NCBI GenBank assembly: GCA_964551445.1
Contig: CAZKCG010000014.1
Location: 38,689 to 102,688, forward strand
Direction of reading: 5' to 3'
Source: an uncultured bacterium
GTDB lineage: Bacteria > Muiribacteriota > UBA9980
Length of the DNA stretch: 64,000 nt
The notes beneath the pieces are model-generated. The model saw nothing but the letters and a program-made list of their open reading frames with translations, did no database searches and was not told the origin of the DNA. The position numbers and the translations under genes are program-made. Shown here one piece after another: positions 10,382-19,339 of this stretch (the first letter of the stretch is position 1; each line of letters starts with the position of its first letter).

Positions 10382-10858
10382 TCACGCCGCTCCATGTTGT
10401 ATCAGCGAATGTTCTTCGGATGAAAGTATTTTATCGATCTCGAGCAATATCAAAAGCCTTTTGTCGAGTTTTCCGATGCCCTTGATGTATTCTCTTCCGA
10501 TATTTGATATTACCTGCGGCGGCGGTTCGATCTGATCATCTGAAAGCCTTAAAACTTCAGATACGCCGTCAACGATTATTCCCATTACGCGGTCTAAAAC
10601 CGATACCACGACTATCCTTGATTCGTTGGTTTTTTCAGTGATCAAAAGGTTAAAGCGCTTTCTGAGATCGACTATCGGAATGACGTTTCCGCGAAGATTG
10701 ATAACGCCTTCGATAAAATCAGGCATTTGCGGAACTTTCGTTATTTCCTGCATTCTGATGATCTCCTGGACCTTCATGATGCTGATGCCGAATTCCTCGG
10801 AACCGATCCTGAAACTGACGAGCTGCTGGTTTTTCAAACCCTTTTTGTCCTCAAACAT
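10382..10858 (-). CDS. cheW: Chemotaxis coupling protein CheW
   Basis: Canonical CheW domain (…FRIGSEEFGISIMKVQEI…VINLRGNVIPIVDLRKRF…). RBS AAGGAG. Confidence 0.9.
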   Translation of the reverse strand: MFEDKKGLKNQQLVSFRIGSEEFGISIMKVQEIIRMQEITKVPQMPDFIEGVINLRGNVIPIVDLRKRFNLLITEKTNESRIVVVSVLDRVMGIIVDGVSEVLRLSDDQIEPPPQVISNIGREYIKGIGKLDKRLLILLEIDKILSSEEHSLIQHGAA

Positions 10859-10883
10859 GATTCACACTCCTTTTTTATAAAAT

Positions 10884-11366
10884 TTAAAGTGAAAATATTT
10901 TTTCTATATCAAGAATATTTTTGACTTTGCCGTTGACCCGGCACGACGCTTTAATAAAATCGCCGCCGGATCCGGCAGCCGCAGACACAACTTTTTCAGA
11001 TCCATTGATATCGATATCTTCAATTTCAATTACAGGATCTACGATAAGCGCCCTTTGCGTTTGGCTGATGTTAATTATTATGGCTGTTTGATCTTTCACT
11101 TCGGGAAGATTTAATTTTTTTCTCAGGCTGACGGCTGGGATGAACCTGCATTTGTGTTCTATGAAAAGATTCGTTCCAGCGGTTTCCCCCGGAACAAAAA
11201 GCGTCTTTACGGCTTCGATGATCGCTGCAATTGAGCTTATTTCTATGGCGTATTCATCGCCGTATAAATTTAAAACAAAATATTTATTGCGTTGTGAATT
11301 CTCAAATTCATCGTTAAATTCGTTCTGTAATATAGATATGTTTTTATCAGTAGTTTTCATTAACAT
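10884..11366 (-). CDS. Second CheW-like coupling protein
   Basis: CheW fold signature (…YFVLNLYGDEYAIEISSIAAIIEA…ALIVDPVIEIEDI…). RBS AAGGAG. First gene of the minus-strand che cluster. Confidence 0.8.
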   Translation of the reverse strand: MLMKTTDKNISILQNEFNDEFENSQRNKYFVLNLYGDEYAIEISSIAAIIEAVKTLFVPGETAGTNLFIEHKCRFIPAVSLRKKLNLPEVKDQTAIIINISQTQRALIVDPVIEIEDIDINGSEKVVSAAAGSGGDFIKASCRVNGKVKNILDIEKIFSL

Positions 11367-12116
11367 GACTTCTCCTTAAAGACATAATTGATTTAATTGC
11401 ACTTATTAAATGTCCCCGGCAAATGTTAATGGAATTAAGCTTCGCTAGCAGTTATTAATAAGTATGGATCAAACGGGCGCCATAATTGGTTGCGAATATT
11501 GATCCGCTGATAATAAATATCAACCCATGATTTTATTTCATGCGAATAATATAATTATTAAAATGTTGTTTGAATTTCGTGATATTTTTAAGAAGTATAA
11601 AATTTGCCTTATCAGAAGATAGAAAGAGGCGGGCCTCTCAGATAAGAAGAATCGAAAATACAAATAAGTTTCAAATATATCTTTTCTATTGAAATGCTTA
11701 TTTTCAAAGAAGTGAGTATCAATAAATTTATAAGCACCGCATCGATAAGCCCGATGGTGGTTAAAAATGAAAAAACCGCGCATTTTGAAATATCATCTTC
11801 AAACGCGGTTTTATGATAATGAAAAAAAGCCAGCGTCAGGGCGCAGCAAAATACTATAATTATTACCGGCAACTTTTTTTCATTGACATTTATTTTCATT
11901 TTTTCATCCTTTGTTGTAGTGCAAGTGCGCTGCTTATATAAAATTATCAATTCACGAACCAAAGTTATAGCATAAACCATGCCACCTATTATAAAAAGGC
12001 TCTAATATTGCGTTTCATTTAATTTAATATTTTTTTGCAAAAATAACTATTTCATTATTGCAACAGATGATTGACGAAATAATCTTCACAAGACTTATTT
12101 CTAACGTCTATAAGCC

Positions 12117-12261
12117 AAAAGCTTTTAAACATATCAGCTCTTCGTCGTTCCACTATTGGAACAGGTTAGTGAATATTAAAAAGTTATTTAGACCGCTAAC
12201 GGAACCTTACGCGCAAAAAGCTTTTAAATATTGTGTTTTAACATCGTTCCACTATTGGAAC
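12117..12261. repeat. Two direct copies (~99 bp apart) of a composite element: AAAAGCTTTT palindrome + ~20 nt + 16-bp palindrome GTTCCACTATTGGAAC
   Basis: Copy 1 is at 12117-12162 and copy 2 at 12215-12261. GTTCCACTATTGGAAC is at 12147-12162 and again at 12246-12261. It lies in the intergenic region between the bEBP gene 3' end and the che operon upstream region. Confidence 0.8.
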
Positions 12262-12284
12262 AAAAAACAAGGGACTGTCCCCAA
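12261..12284 (-). terminator. Rho-independent terminator downstream of the sigma54-activator gene
   Basis: On the minus strand: GGGGACAGTCCC hairpin followed by TTGTTTTTTG. Confidence 0.6.
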
Positions 12285-12339
12285 AAGTAATTTTTGAAGC
12301 AGCCCCTTATACTAAATTTGATAAAACATTGATGCGAAA

Positions 12340-14748
12340 TCAAGTCAAATTATATTTTTTCATCTTTCTCCACAGTGTTGTACGGCCAATATTCAGCATT
12401 TTCGCGGCGGCGGCATTGTCGTTCCCGGATCTTTCAAGCGCGCTTATGATCGTTGAGATCTCTGTGAGTTCAGACACCATTCGCAGCTGCTGTACGTCCT
12501 CGGCAACCTTAGCCCCGACGGACGCGAGCTTTCTGTATTCGGCCGGAAGGTCATTTAGAGATATAACATCGCCGGCGCAGGTAACAAAAGCCGATTCGAT
12601 AATATTTTGAAGTTCCCTGACATTTCCCGGAAACTCGTAATTTTGAAAAAAAGCGCGGATTTTGGCGCAGACGTCTTTTATCGATTTTGAATACTTCCGG
12701 TTAAGCTTCTCGATCAAATTACTGACCATAAACATTATATCTTCGGATCTTTCACAAAGAGGCAAAATTTTTATACCGATGATCTTCAGACGATAATAAA
12801 GATCTTCCCTGAACATGCCGTCTTTTATCCGTTCGGCTATATTCCTGTTAGTAGCCGCTATAACCCTTACATCGGCCTCGATCGTCTTACCCGAGCCCAG
12901 CGGCTCATATTTTTTTTCTTCAATAACTCTTAAAAGTTTTACCTGAAGATTGTATGGCATTTCGCTTATTTCGTCCAGAAAAATCGTGCCGCGATCGGCA
13001 AGCGTGAACCTGCCGGGTTTATTAGTTTTTGCGTCGGTGAACGCGCCTTTGACGTAGCCGAAAAGTTCGGATTCGATAAGCCCTTCTGGTATGGCGCCGC
13101 AGTTAACGACTATAAAAGGACCGTCTTTTCTCGCCGAAAGTTCATGTATTGTTTTCGCTATAAGACTTTTGCCGGTTCCGGAGGAACCTTCGATGAATAC
13201 GTTACAATCGATTCCAGCCGCGGTTTCGATCAGCCTGAAAGTTTCCTTCATAGAAGGGCTTATGCCTATAATATCATGAAATTTCCACTGCATGCCTTCG
13301 CGTGAAAGGCTATCAAGTTCCTGTTTCAGTTTAATGTTTTCAGTCAGATCGGTTATCAGGGTAAAATAACCGGTTATTTTACCTTCAAGATCGAATAACA
13401 TCGAAGTGACTCTGTTCACGACAATTATCTTTCCTTCTTTGTGCTTTAATTTGAGTTCGCCTCTAACCCGCTCGCCGCGTTTGAGCTTTTCAATACTTGC
13501 GGCACGCTCTTGCTGATCGATATGAACGAAAAAGTCGGTGGCGTCTTTTCCAATGACCTCGTCTGACGCAAGTCCAAGCATTTCAAGTATGCGTCTGTTG
13601 GCGAAGGCTATTTTTCCGTTCAGATCAAAAACAACGTAGCCTTCGCTTAAATTGTCAATTATATCCTTATATGTCTTTTTCCTCAATAAAAGTTCTTTGT
13701 TTTGTATCTGCTTTTCTGCGAGCAAGACCTTGTTTTCTTCCGCTGCCCTTTTATGCTCGATAATATGTCCCAGACGGTCAGCGATGGCATCTATCAATAA
13801 CCGCTCTTCCTTCATGAACGGTCCTTCATCAAGCTCCATTCGCTCTTCAATATAACATATATCGATCTTTCCGGCTGATTCGCCATTAACTTTGAAGGGT
13901 GCTGATTGTTTCCATGCGGTCTCAATGAAGTTTTTCGAACGGAATTCATCTTCACCGACGAATATTCGGGCACAGGCTATCTCCGGATAAAACCAGCTTT
14001 GTGGAAGGATTTCCGCAAGTTGCTGATATATTTCGTCCAGTGTGATGCCTTTCCGGGAGGTTATCTCGGTCAAATTATAAAATGCCTGCAGTTCTTTCTG
14101 CACGCGGTGTAATTGCTCGTTTTGCTTTTCGAGTTCGATCTTATTCACGCACAACTCGTAAATCAATTTATTTGATAGTTCCGCAAGCTTATGATTTGAT
14201 CGCGCCTCGGCACCCTTGATCTTTTCTTCCGTCAATCTTCTCAGTTCAGAGGCTTCGTCATGATCATTTTGATCATTTATCGCGGTCCCGGCCATCTTAC
14301 GGCTTGACTTCAACAAATCTTCCACCCATTTGCTCTCATATAATTCTTTTTTTATGTTCTCGTGCGCGTCAAACAGCTCAAAAGCCATCTCAATGGACGA
14401 ACGCAGGACAAAAACGCCGGAGTTCTTGACGACGTATCCATAGCGGGTAACTTTTTTTATTTTTTCAGCGTATTCCTTTTCGGTATGCGCGGTCATAAAA
14501 ATGATGGGAACATGACGTTTTTCAAGTATCCGCCGCGCGGCTTCGGTGCCATCGATACCGCTGCCGAGATCGATGTCCATGAGAATGAGATCTATCTTTT
14601 CATCGCCAAGCGCTATTTCACAAGCGGCCTCACCGGTATTAGCGATGAGCGCGCCCAAGCCAAAACTTTTCAAGATCTTAGCCGTGACCCGTGCGGAAAT
14701 TTCTTCGTCTTCAACGAGAAGGATGATTTTTGGTTCCTGTGCGCTCAT
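12340..14748 (-). CDS. Sigma54-dependent response regulator (NtrC-family enhancer-binding protein) with receiver, GAF/PAS and AAA+ domains
   Basis: N-terminal receiver (ILLVEDEE…LILMDIDLG). PAS segment (IIDNLSEGYVVFDLNGKIAF). Sigma54-interaction domain with Walker A GSSGTGKS and GAFTDA…ESELFGY. C-terminal Fis-type HTH (AAAKMLNIGRTTLWRKMKKY). Confidence 0.9.
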   Translation of the reverse strand: MSAQEPKIILLVEDEEISARVTAKILKSFGLGALIANTGEAACEIALGDEKIDLILMDIDLGSGIDGTEAARRILEKRHVPIIFMTAHTEKEYAEKIKKVTRYGYVVKNSGVFVLRSSIEMAFELFDAHENIKKELYESKWVEDLLKSSRKMAGTAINDQNDHDEASELRRLTEEKIKGAEARSNHKLAELSNKLIYELCVNKIELEKQNEQLHRVQKELQAFYNLTEITSRKGITLDEIYQQLAEILPQSWFYPEIACARIFVGEDEFRSKNFIETAWKQSAPFKVNGESAGKIDICYIEERMELDEGPFMKEERLLIDAIADRLGHIIEHKRAAEENKVLLAEKQIQNKELLLRKKTYKDIIDNLSEGYVVFDLNGKIAFANRRILEMLGLASDEVIGKDATDFFVHIDQQERAASIEKLKRGERVRGELKLKHKEGKIIVVNRVTSMLFDLEGKITGYFTLITDLTENIKLKQELDSLSREGMQWKFHDIIGISPSMKETFRLIETAAGIDCNVFIEGSSGTGKSLIAKTIHELSARKDGPFIVVNCGAIPEGLIESELFGYVKGAFTDAKTNKPGRFTLADRGTIFLDEISEMPYNLQVKLLRVIEEKKYEPLGSGKTIEADVRVIAATNRNIAERIKDGMFREDLYYRLKIIGIKILPLCERSEDIMFMVSNLIEKLNRKYSKSIKDVCAKIRAFFQNYEFPGNVRELQNIIESAFVTCAGDVISLNDLPAEYRKLASVGAKVAEDVQQLRMVSELTEISTIISALERSGNDNAAAAKMLNIGRTTLWRKMKKYNLT

Positions 14749-14787
14749 TCGTTTAACTTCCTGATATTTATTTTACTCAAGCCTTCC

Positions 14788-14819
14788 AAATGCGACATTT
14801 GAAATCAAATGCCGCATTT
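14788..14819. promoter_or_regulatory. Two tandem AAATG-N3-CATTT dyads 40-70 bp upstream of the bEBP start; candidate operator
   Basis: AAATGCGACATTT (14788-14800) and AAATGCCGCATTT (14807-14819), with centres 19 bp apart. Confidence 0.4.
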
Positions 14820-14924
14820 TCTTTAACCAATAGATAAAATAGAAGAGATATAGCTGTTGTTAGAAAAACCTTCGGTATCTAACCGATTTATTAAAATCGA
14901 GGGCCGCCGGCGCATCTGCAACTG

Positions 14925-14952
14925 TTCTCTATTCTCTATTCTCTCTTCTCTA
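14925..14952. repeat. Heptamer simple tandem repeat (TTCTCTA x4) just 3' of the AOR gene
   Basis: ttctcta ttctcta ttctctc ttctcta, read directly. Confidence 0.8.
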
Positions 14953-14965
14953 TTTCCTGCGTTTA

Positions 14966-16711
14966 TCACTTATACGCTTTTATCTTTTCGTTATATTCTG
15001 AAACTATGTCTTTCATAAGCTGAGGATCGATCATACCGTGAGGCGACACCGTCTCGAAAAACCGCTTGGCAAATGGATGTTCTTCGGTTTTAAATCCCAT
15101 TTTTTCGCGGATCGAAAGTTTTAGTTTCAATATTTCCTTCGCCGTGTTTTTGAGTTCGTCAGGCGTCTTCTCGATACCGACGACCGCGAGCGCGCGGCTT
15201 ACCGTTTCAAGGTCGTAAACTTCCCTCGCGAAGAGGCATATCACTAAAGAAGTATATACCGAACGGATGCTTTCCTCGGCTATTATAAGATCGGCTATAT
15301 TGGACGCTTTTAATTCCTTGAGTTTCTGATCTATCGAATATCCGGCGTTATCCAGATGCGAATGCCGTATCCCGGTGAGGCCGCCGGCCAGATGCGCCGG
15401 GCCCGTGAAATATCCCGATATTTCAAGGCCGCCGAGCTGAAGGGCGTAGTCGTATGTCGCGTCTTTTCTCGATCTGGTATATCTTGAAAGGCCGCATCCA
15501 AGGCCTTTGTAAAGATCGTTAGGCGGCATCGCTATATATTCGAGCGCCTTCAGATATCCCGCCGTCTCGCCGTATTTAAGTTCTACGAGCGTATCGGAAA
15601 CCTTAAGATCGCCCCGTTCGAGCGCTTCCGTCATGAAGCCGAGAATAACGCCGGCCGATATCGCGTCCATTCCCATCTCTTCGGTACGGTCGATGAGATT
15701 TAATATATCCGTAGGGTTTTTCATTCCAAGTTCAGTGCCCAGAGAAAAGACCAGCTCGTGATCGTACGATACGCCGTTGGATTCGTACTCGTACCCTTTG
15801 TCGAATAACTTTCTGAGGCCGCCGATGTGGATACAGCCGATCGGGCATCCCGAGCATGAGACCTTTCGTGATAATACCTGTTCCGCGAAAGCCTCGCCGG
15901 ATACGTTCTCGGCGAATTCGAAATTGGATTTTTTCAGGTTATAAGAAGGGAGTCCGTTTATCTTATTTAACGGAAGAAGGTTCTTCGGCGTTCCGAGCTC
16001 GTGATATTTAGCCATTAAATTCGTTTTCGTCGCTTTATCGTATATTTCTGAATAGAGCTTATTATATTCGGCGGGTTTTTTGATCTCGATGTCCTGTTCG
16101 CCTGAAATGATTATGCCTTTAAGATTTTTAGAACCGAACACGGCGCCGAGGCCGAGCCGGCCGAAATGACGGTAGCTGTCGACATTTACGCCCGCTATCG
16201 GAACCATATTCGCGCCCGCCGGGCCGATCCGGATTATGCTTCTGTTGCCGGGCGCGCCGGCCATGTTTCTCATATGCTGGCCCGATTCGCTTACCGGAAG
16301 GTTCCATATGGCTTCCGCGTCATGAAACGACACGTTATCAGGGCTTATGGTTATATAAACAGGGTCGTCGGCCCGGCCCGATATCACGAACGCGTCGATA
16401 TTTGCGAGCCTTATGGCCATCGCGAGGCGCCCTCCGGCGTGAGATTCACCGTATTCACCGGTCTGGGGCGAATAAAAAGACGCGACGGCTTTCGTACAGA
16501 CCGGAAAGATGGTGGTCATGGGGCCGATCGCAAAAACAGCGGGCTGTTCGGGCGCCAGAGGCGGAAGATCATACTTTACAAGTTCCGAAAAAATTTTCGA
16601 TGAAACTCCGGAGCCGCCGATAAAAGGCATAAGATCTTCACGGTTTTCAAATCTTATCTTTTTTTTATTGAGGTCTATATGTAATACGCGGATGTAATTC
16701 TGGTATATCAT
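14966..16711 (-). CDS. aor: Aldehyde:ferredoxin oxidoreductase (tungsten-containing AOR family)
   Basis: AOR-family N-terminal and catalytic signatures across the length (…MPFIGGSGVSSKIF…, …IDAFVISGRADDPVY…, …GLGAVFGSKNLKGIIISG…, …CSGCPIGC…). Start overlaps the stop of the upstream Fe-S gene (ATGA). Confidence 0.85.
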   Translation of the reverse strand: MIYQNYIRVLHIDLNKKKIRFENREDLMPFIGGSGVSSKIFSELVKYDLPPLAPEQPAVFAIGPMTTIFPVCTKAVASFYSPQTGEYGESHAGGRLAMAIRLANIDAFVISGRADDPVYITISPDNVSFHDAEAIWNLPVSESGQHMRNMAGAPGNRSIIRIGPAGANMVPIAGVNVDSYRHFGRLGLGAVFGSKNLKGIIISGEQDIEIKKPAEYNKLYSEIYDKATKTNLMAKYHELGTPKNLLPLNKINGLPSYNLKKSNFEFAENVSGEAFAEQVLSRKVSCSGCPIGCIHIGGLRKLFDKGYEYESNGVSYDHELVFSLGTELGMKNPTDILNLIDRTEEMGMDAISAGVILGFMTEALERGDLKVSDTLVELKYGETAGYLKALEYIAMPPNDLYKGLGCGLSRYTRSRKDATYDYALQLGGLEISGYFTGPAHLAGGLTGIRHSHLDNAGYSIDQKLKELKASNIADLIIAEESIRSVYTSLVICLFAREVYDLETVSRALAVVGIEKTPDELKNTAKEILKLKLSIREKMGFKTEEHPFAKRFFETVSPHGMIDPQLMKDIVSEYNEKIKAYK

Positions 16712-17139
16712 TATGCGTTCGCCTCCTTATCAGTTACGATCTCAAGACATCCGTGAGGGCAGAACTTAACGCACATACCGCAGTGCGTGCACATGAGCGG
16801 AAGTTTCAGTTCCGCGTCGAATTCAAGATAATTTATCTTGCATGCGTCAACGCACTTTTTGCATCCGATGCATTTATCTTTAATAAGCCTGGCGCCGCCG
16901 CCAACTTTTGGAACCATAGCCTCGGTAGGACAGACATAAGCGCAGGTAGGCTTCATGCAGCTTCGGCAGATATCGGCGACGTATTTTCCTGACATTCCCC
17001 CGGCCGTCCTTATTTTAAGCGCGCACCTTGAAACCGAATGAGACCGGTAATTTATCCTCGCGCACGCGATCATGCACGAATAGCAAATAATACACTTGTT
17101 CATTCCAGGGGCCTGTAATTTTCTCGACAATTCGATCAC
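16711..17139 (-). CDS. 4Fe-4S ferredoxin-domain protein (AOR-associated electron-transfer subunit)
   Basis: Several CxxCxxCxxxCP-type cysteine clusters (CIICYSCMIAC, CRSCMKPTCAYVCP, CIGCKKCVDAC, CTHCGMCVKFCP). Translationally coupled to aor. Confidence 0.8.
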   Translation of the reverse strand: MIELSRKLQAPGMNKCIICYSCMIACARINYRSHSVSRCALKIRTAGGMSGKYVADICRSCMKPTCAYVCPTEAMVPKVGGGARLIKDKCIGCKKCVDACKINYLEFDAELKLPLMCTHCGMCVKFCPHGCLEIVTDKEANA

Positions 17140-17363
17140 GCCCTTTATTTTAGTTAAAAAATTTGGTGTTACTTCTAATTATGTGTGCTAACGATGATGA
17201 GTGATATTAATTGCGGACCGGCACATTATTAATTAAATGCATTAGAAACTATTTAAAAAAGGCGGCTGCCAGGCCGCAACCACAACTATTCACTTTTCAC
17301 TGCCATCTATTCACTAAAAAACATTGATTGTATTCTACATTTATTTAAAATAAAAATCAAGAG

Positions 17364-17408
17364 CGCAAAAAAATGGGCTTCCAATTTTTTCGGAAACCCA
17401 TTTTTTTA
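17364..17408. terminator. Bidirectional intrinsic terminator
   Basis: ATGGGCTTCC…GGAAACCCAT stem flanked by an A-run upstream and TTTTTTT downstream. It lies downstream of the minus-strand secreted-protein gene. Confidence 0.6.
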
Positions 17409-17436
17409 TATTGATATTTTTAAGTTTTATTAAAGA

Positions 17437-19008
17437 TTACCAATTGAAAGGATTGAGCTTGCCTAAGACTTCCTTGCCTTTGTCTAAAGCTTCCTTACCC
17501 TTTTCGGCGATGTTATGAACTACTTCTTTGCCCTTATCGACAGCCATTTCAGCCATTCCGACAGGATTTACATAGAAGGTCGCGTTAACCTTGACCGGCC
17601 CGAGGGTGAATCCGACGTTCTGGAAACCGACCTTGTTAGCTTTAAATGAGAAGCCGCCCTGAACGCCCGCGCCAACACCGGCGCCTACGCCGCCGCCAGC
17701 GCCTACTCCAAAGAGGTCCTGGCCTTTATACTGAACCGCGTGGTTTACGTTTCCTTCGACCCATGCGCCGCATCTGGCTTCGGCTTTACCGCTGAGTTCG
17801 ATGCCGTTCTTTCCGAGATAAGCCGTGCCGTTAGCGCGTGCCTGAGCGCCGGCCATCACTTCGGCGCGGGCGGAAGTTTTCGTTCCATATCCGCCGCCAA
17901 GTTTGGTCGTTATCTGAGCTTCGTTTTCTGATTTGAAACCCGCGCCTATTTCGACCTTGCCTTTAGCGTCTAAAACGGCGCCGTCTTTCATCCATTTAGC
18001 GTTGCCTTCGCCTCTCGCCCATGCGCCGAGAGTGTTATCGGTGCTGGCTTTAACGGCGACATTGTCACCGAAGAACTTGCCGTTATATTCGGCTTTATAG
18101 CGGGGGCCTAAATAAGCGTCAAATTTAGTGAGCGATTCGTGAGCGGATATAGCGCCCTTGGCGTGGCCTTCAATGTCTCCGGTTCTTTCCCATGAAGCGC
18201 CGCCCATGCCGAACATGTTCTTGAAACTCTGACTGCCGTCCCCGCTCTTGAATTCTTTCATGGCGGATGCGAGAACTATTGAATTTTTACCGTTTTTGAG
18301 AATTCCATCAGCCAATATGTCTTTGGTAAGATCTACGCTTTTACCCGACTTGGCCGCGGCTGATTTCAGGAAATCAGCGAAATCAGCGGCTTTTTCTTTG
18401 CCGGCGTCAAGGGCTTTTTTGGCCTCGACCTTCATTTTAGCGAGAACGGGATGAACGGCGTCCATAGCTCCGTCTTTAGCGTCGCCTAACAGATCGATCC
18501 CCTTTTCCTTAAACTCTGTTATCATTTGTCTGTATTCTTCAAAGTCTTTCTTTTTACCGCCTATAAAATCTTTGACGCTGTCTATGGCGTTATTTACTTC
18601 GCTGGTGAACTTATCGGGAAGGCCTTTAGCCACTTCGGCGGCCTTTTCAGCTCCCTGCCCTACGGCTTTCGCGGCATTCGCTGCGGTGTCGACAGCCTGT
18701 TTTCCGGCGCCGAATATGGAGGATACCACTGTTTTAACCGCGGTCTTGGCAGTCTCATAAGCTTTTTTTACGACTTCCTTCGTGTTTTCAACGACCGACT
18801 TCGCCGCATTAACCGTAACACCGGCGACCGTCGAAACTGCGTCTACACCTTTTTTCACTGTATCTTTAACCGTATTTACCGCGCTTGAAACGACGCTAGT
18901 GGCCGATTCCCAGAATCCTGCGTGAGCGGGTTCCGGGGTAGCGAAGCAAAGGGTGAACATTATGCTCATGAAGATCGCGTATATTTTGAGTTTCTTATTG
19001 GTAAACAT
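17437..19008 (-). CDS. Secreted protein: N-terminal Ala/Lys-rich amphipathic-helix repeat region (apolipophorin/LEA-like) and a C-terminal Gly-rich beta region; function unknown
   Basis: Signal peptide (MFTNKKLKIYAIFMSIMFTLCFATPEPAHA). About 230 aa of KxxAxxAVK-type periodic repeats. The C-terminal half has GxG runs (GVGAGGGVGAGVGAGV) and alternating-polarity strands. The likely true start is the ATG at 19008 (RBS AAAGGA); the ORF track's GTG at 19017 is an alternative. Confidence 0.6.
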   Translation of the reverse strand: MFTNKKLKIYAIFMSIMFTLCFATPEPAHAGFWESATSVVSSAVNTVKDTVKKGVDAVSTVAGVTVNAAKSVVENTKEVVKKAYETAKTAVKTVVSSIFGAGKQAVDTAANAAKAVGQGAEKAAEVAKGLPDKFTSEVNNAIDSVKDFIGGKKKDFEEYRQMITEFKEKGIDLLGDAKDGAMDAVHPVLAKMKVEAKKALDAGKEKAADFADFLKSAAAKSGKSVDLTKDILADGILKNGKNSIVLASAMKEFKSGDGSQSFKNMFGMGGASWERTGDIEGHAKGAISAHESLTKFDAYLGPRYKAEYNGKFFGDNVAVKASTDNTLGAWARGEGNAKWMKDGAVLDAKGKVEIGAGFKSENEAQITTKLGGGYGTKTSARAEVMAGAQARANGTAYLGKNGIELSGKAEARCGAWVEGNVNHAVQYKGQDLFGVGAGGGVGAGVGAGVQGGFSFKANKVGFQNVGFTLGPVKVNATFYVNPVGMAEMAVDKGKEVVHNIAEKGKEALDKGKEVLGKLNPFNW

Positions 19009-19276
19009 TGGCACCACATCCTTTCGGCCAATATCCGGCCGGCATAAAATATTTAAAAATATTTTCCTTACTTTTAAGCCGTTCTTAATAATTATGACGG
19101 CTTGAATCTATTTAAAAAATCTGTAATGAGGCGGTTAGGTTTTCGGTTAATAATGAAAGCGATGAAAACTTGTCTTCTACTCTAATTATACGAAACGCAA
19201 AAAGCTTTGTCAAGGATGAATTAAAAAATATAATTTAAGCGCCTCCTGATGGGTCGGAGTTCTTTCTTTTAATTAG

Positions 19277-19305
19277 TTGAAAATGTATGTGAACTATGTT
19301 ATAAT
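19277..19305 (+). promoter_or_regulatory. Near-consensus sigma70 promoter TTGAAA-17 bp-TATAAT
   Basis: TTGAAA at 19277-19282 and TATAAT at 19300-19305, about 35 nt upstream of the 19340 start. Confidence 0.6.
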
Positions 19306-19339
19306 CTCGCTCGCCGGATTCTAATAAAAAGGCTGTATA

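Noticed and set aside
11538-11980. Minus-strand ORFs of 81 and 122 aa in the AT-rich spacer upstream of the che operon
   Set aside because: Very low GC, no SD, overlapping frames. They contain a terminator-like hairpin, so they are more likely non-coding. Retained only as a possible sRNA or regulatory region.
19018-19023. TGGCAC hexamer (sigma54 -24 element) next to the start of the secreted-protein gene
   Set aside because: No TTGC(A/T) -12 element at the required spacing. The hexamer is on the wrong side of the start codon to serve that gene.
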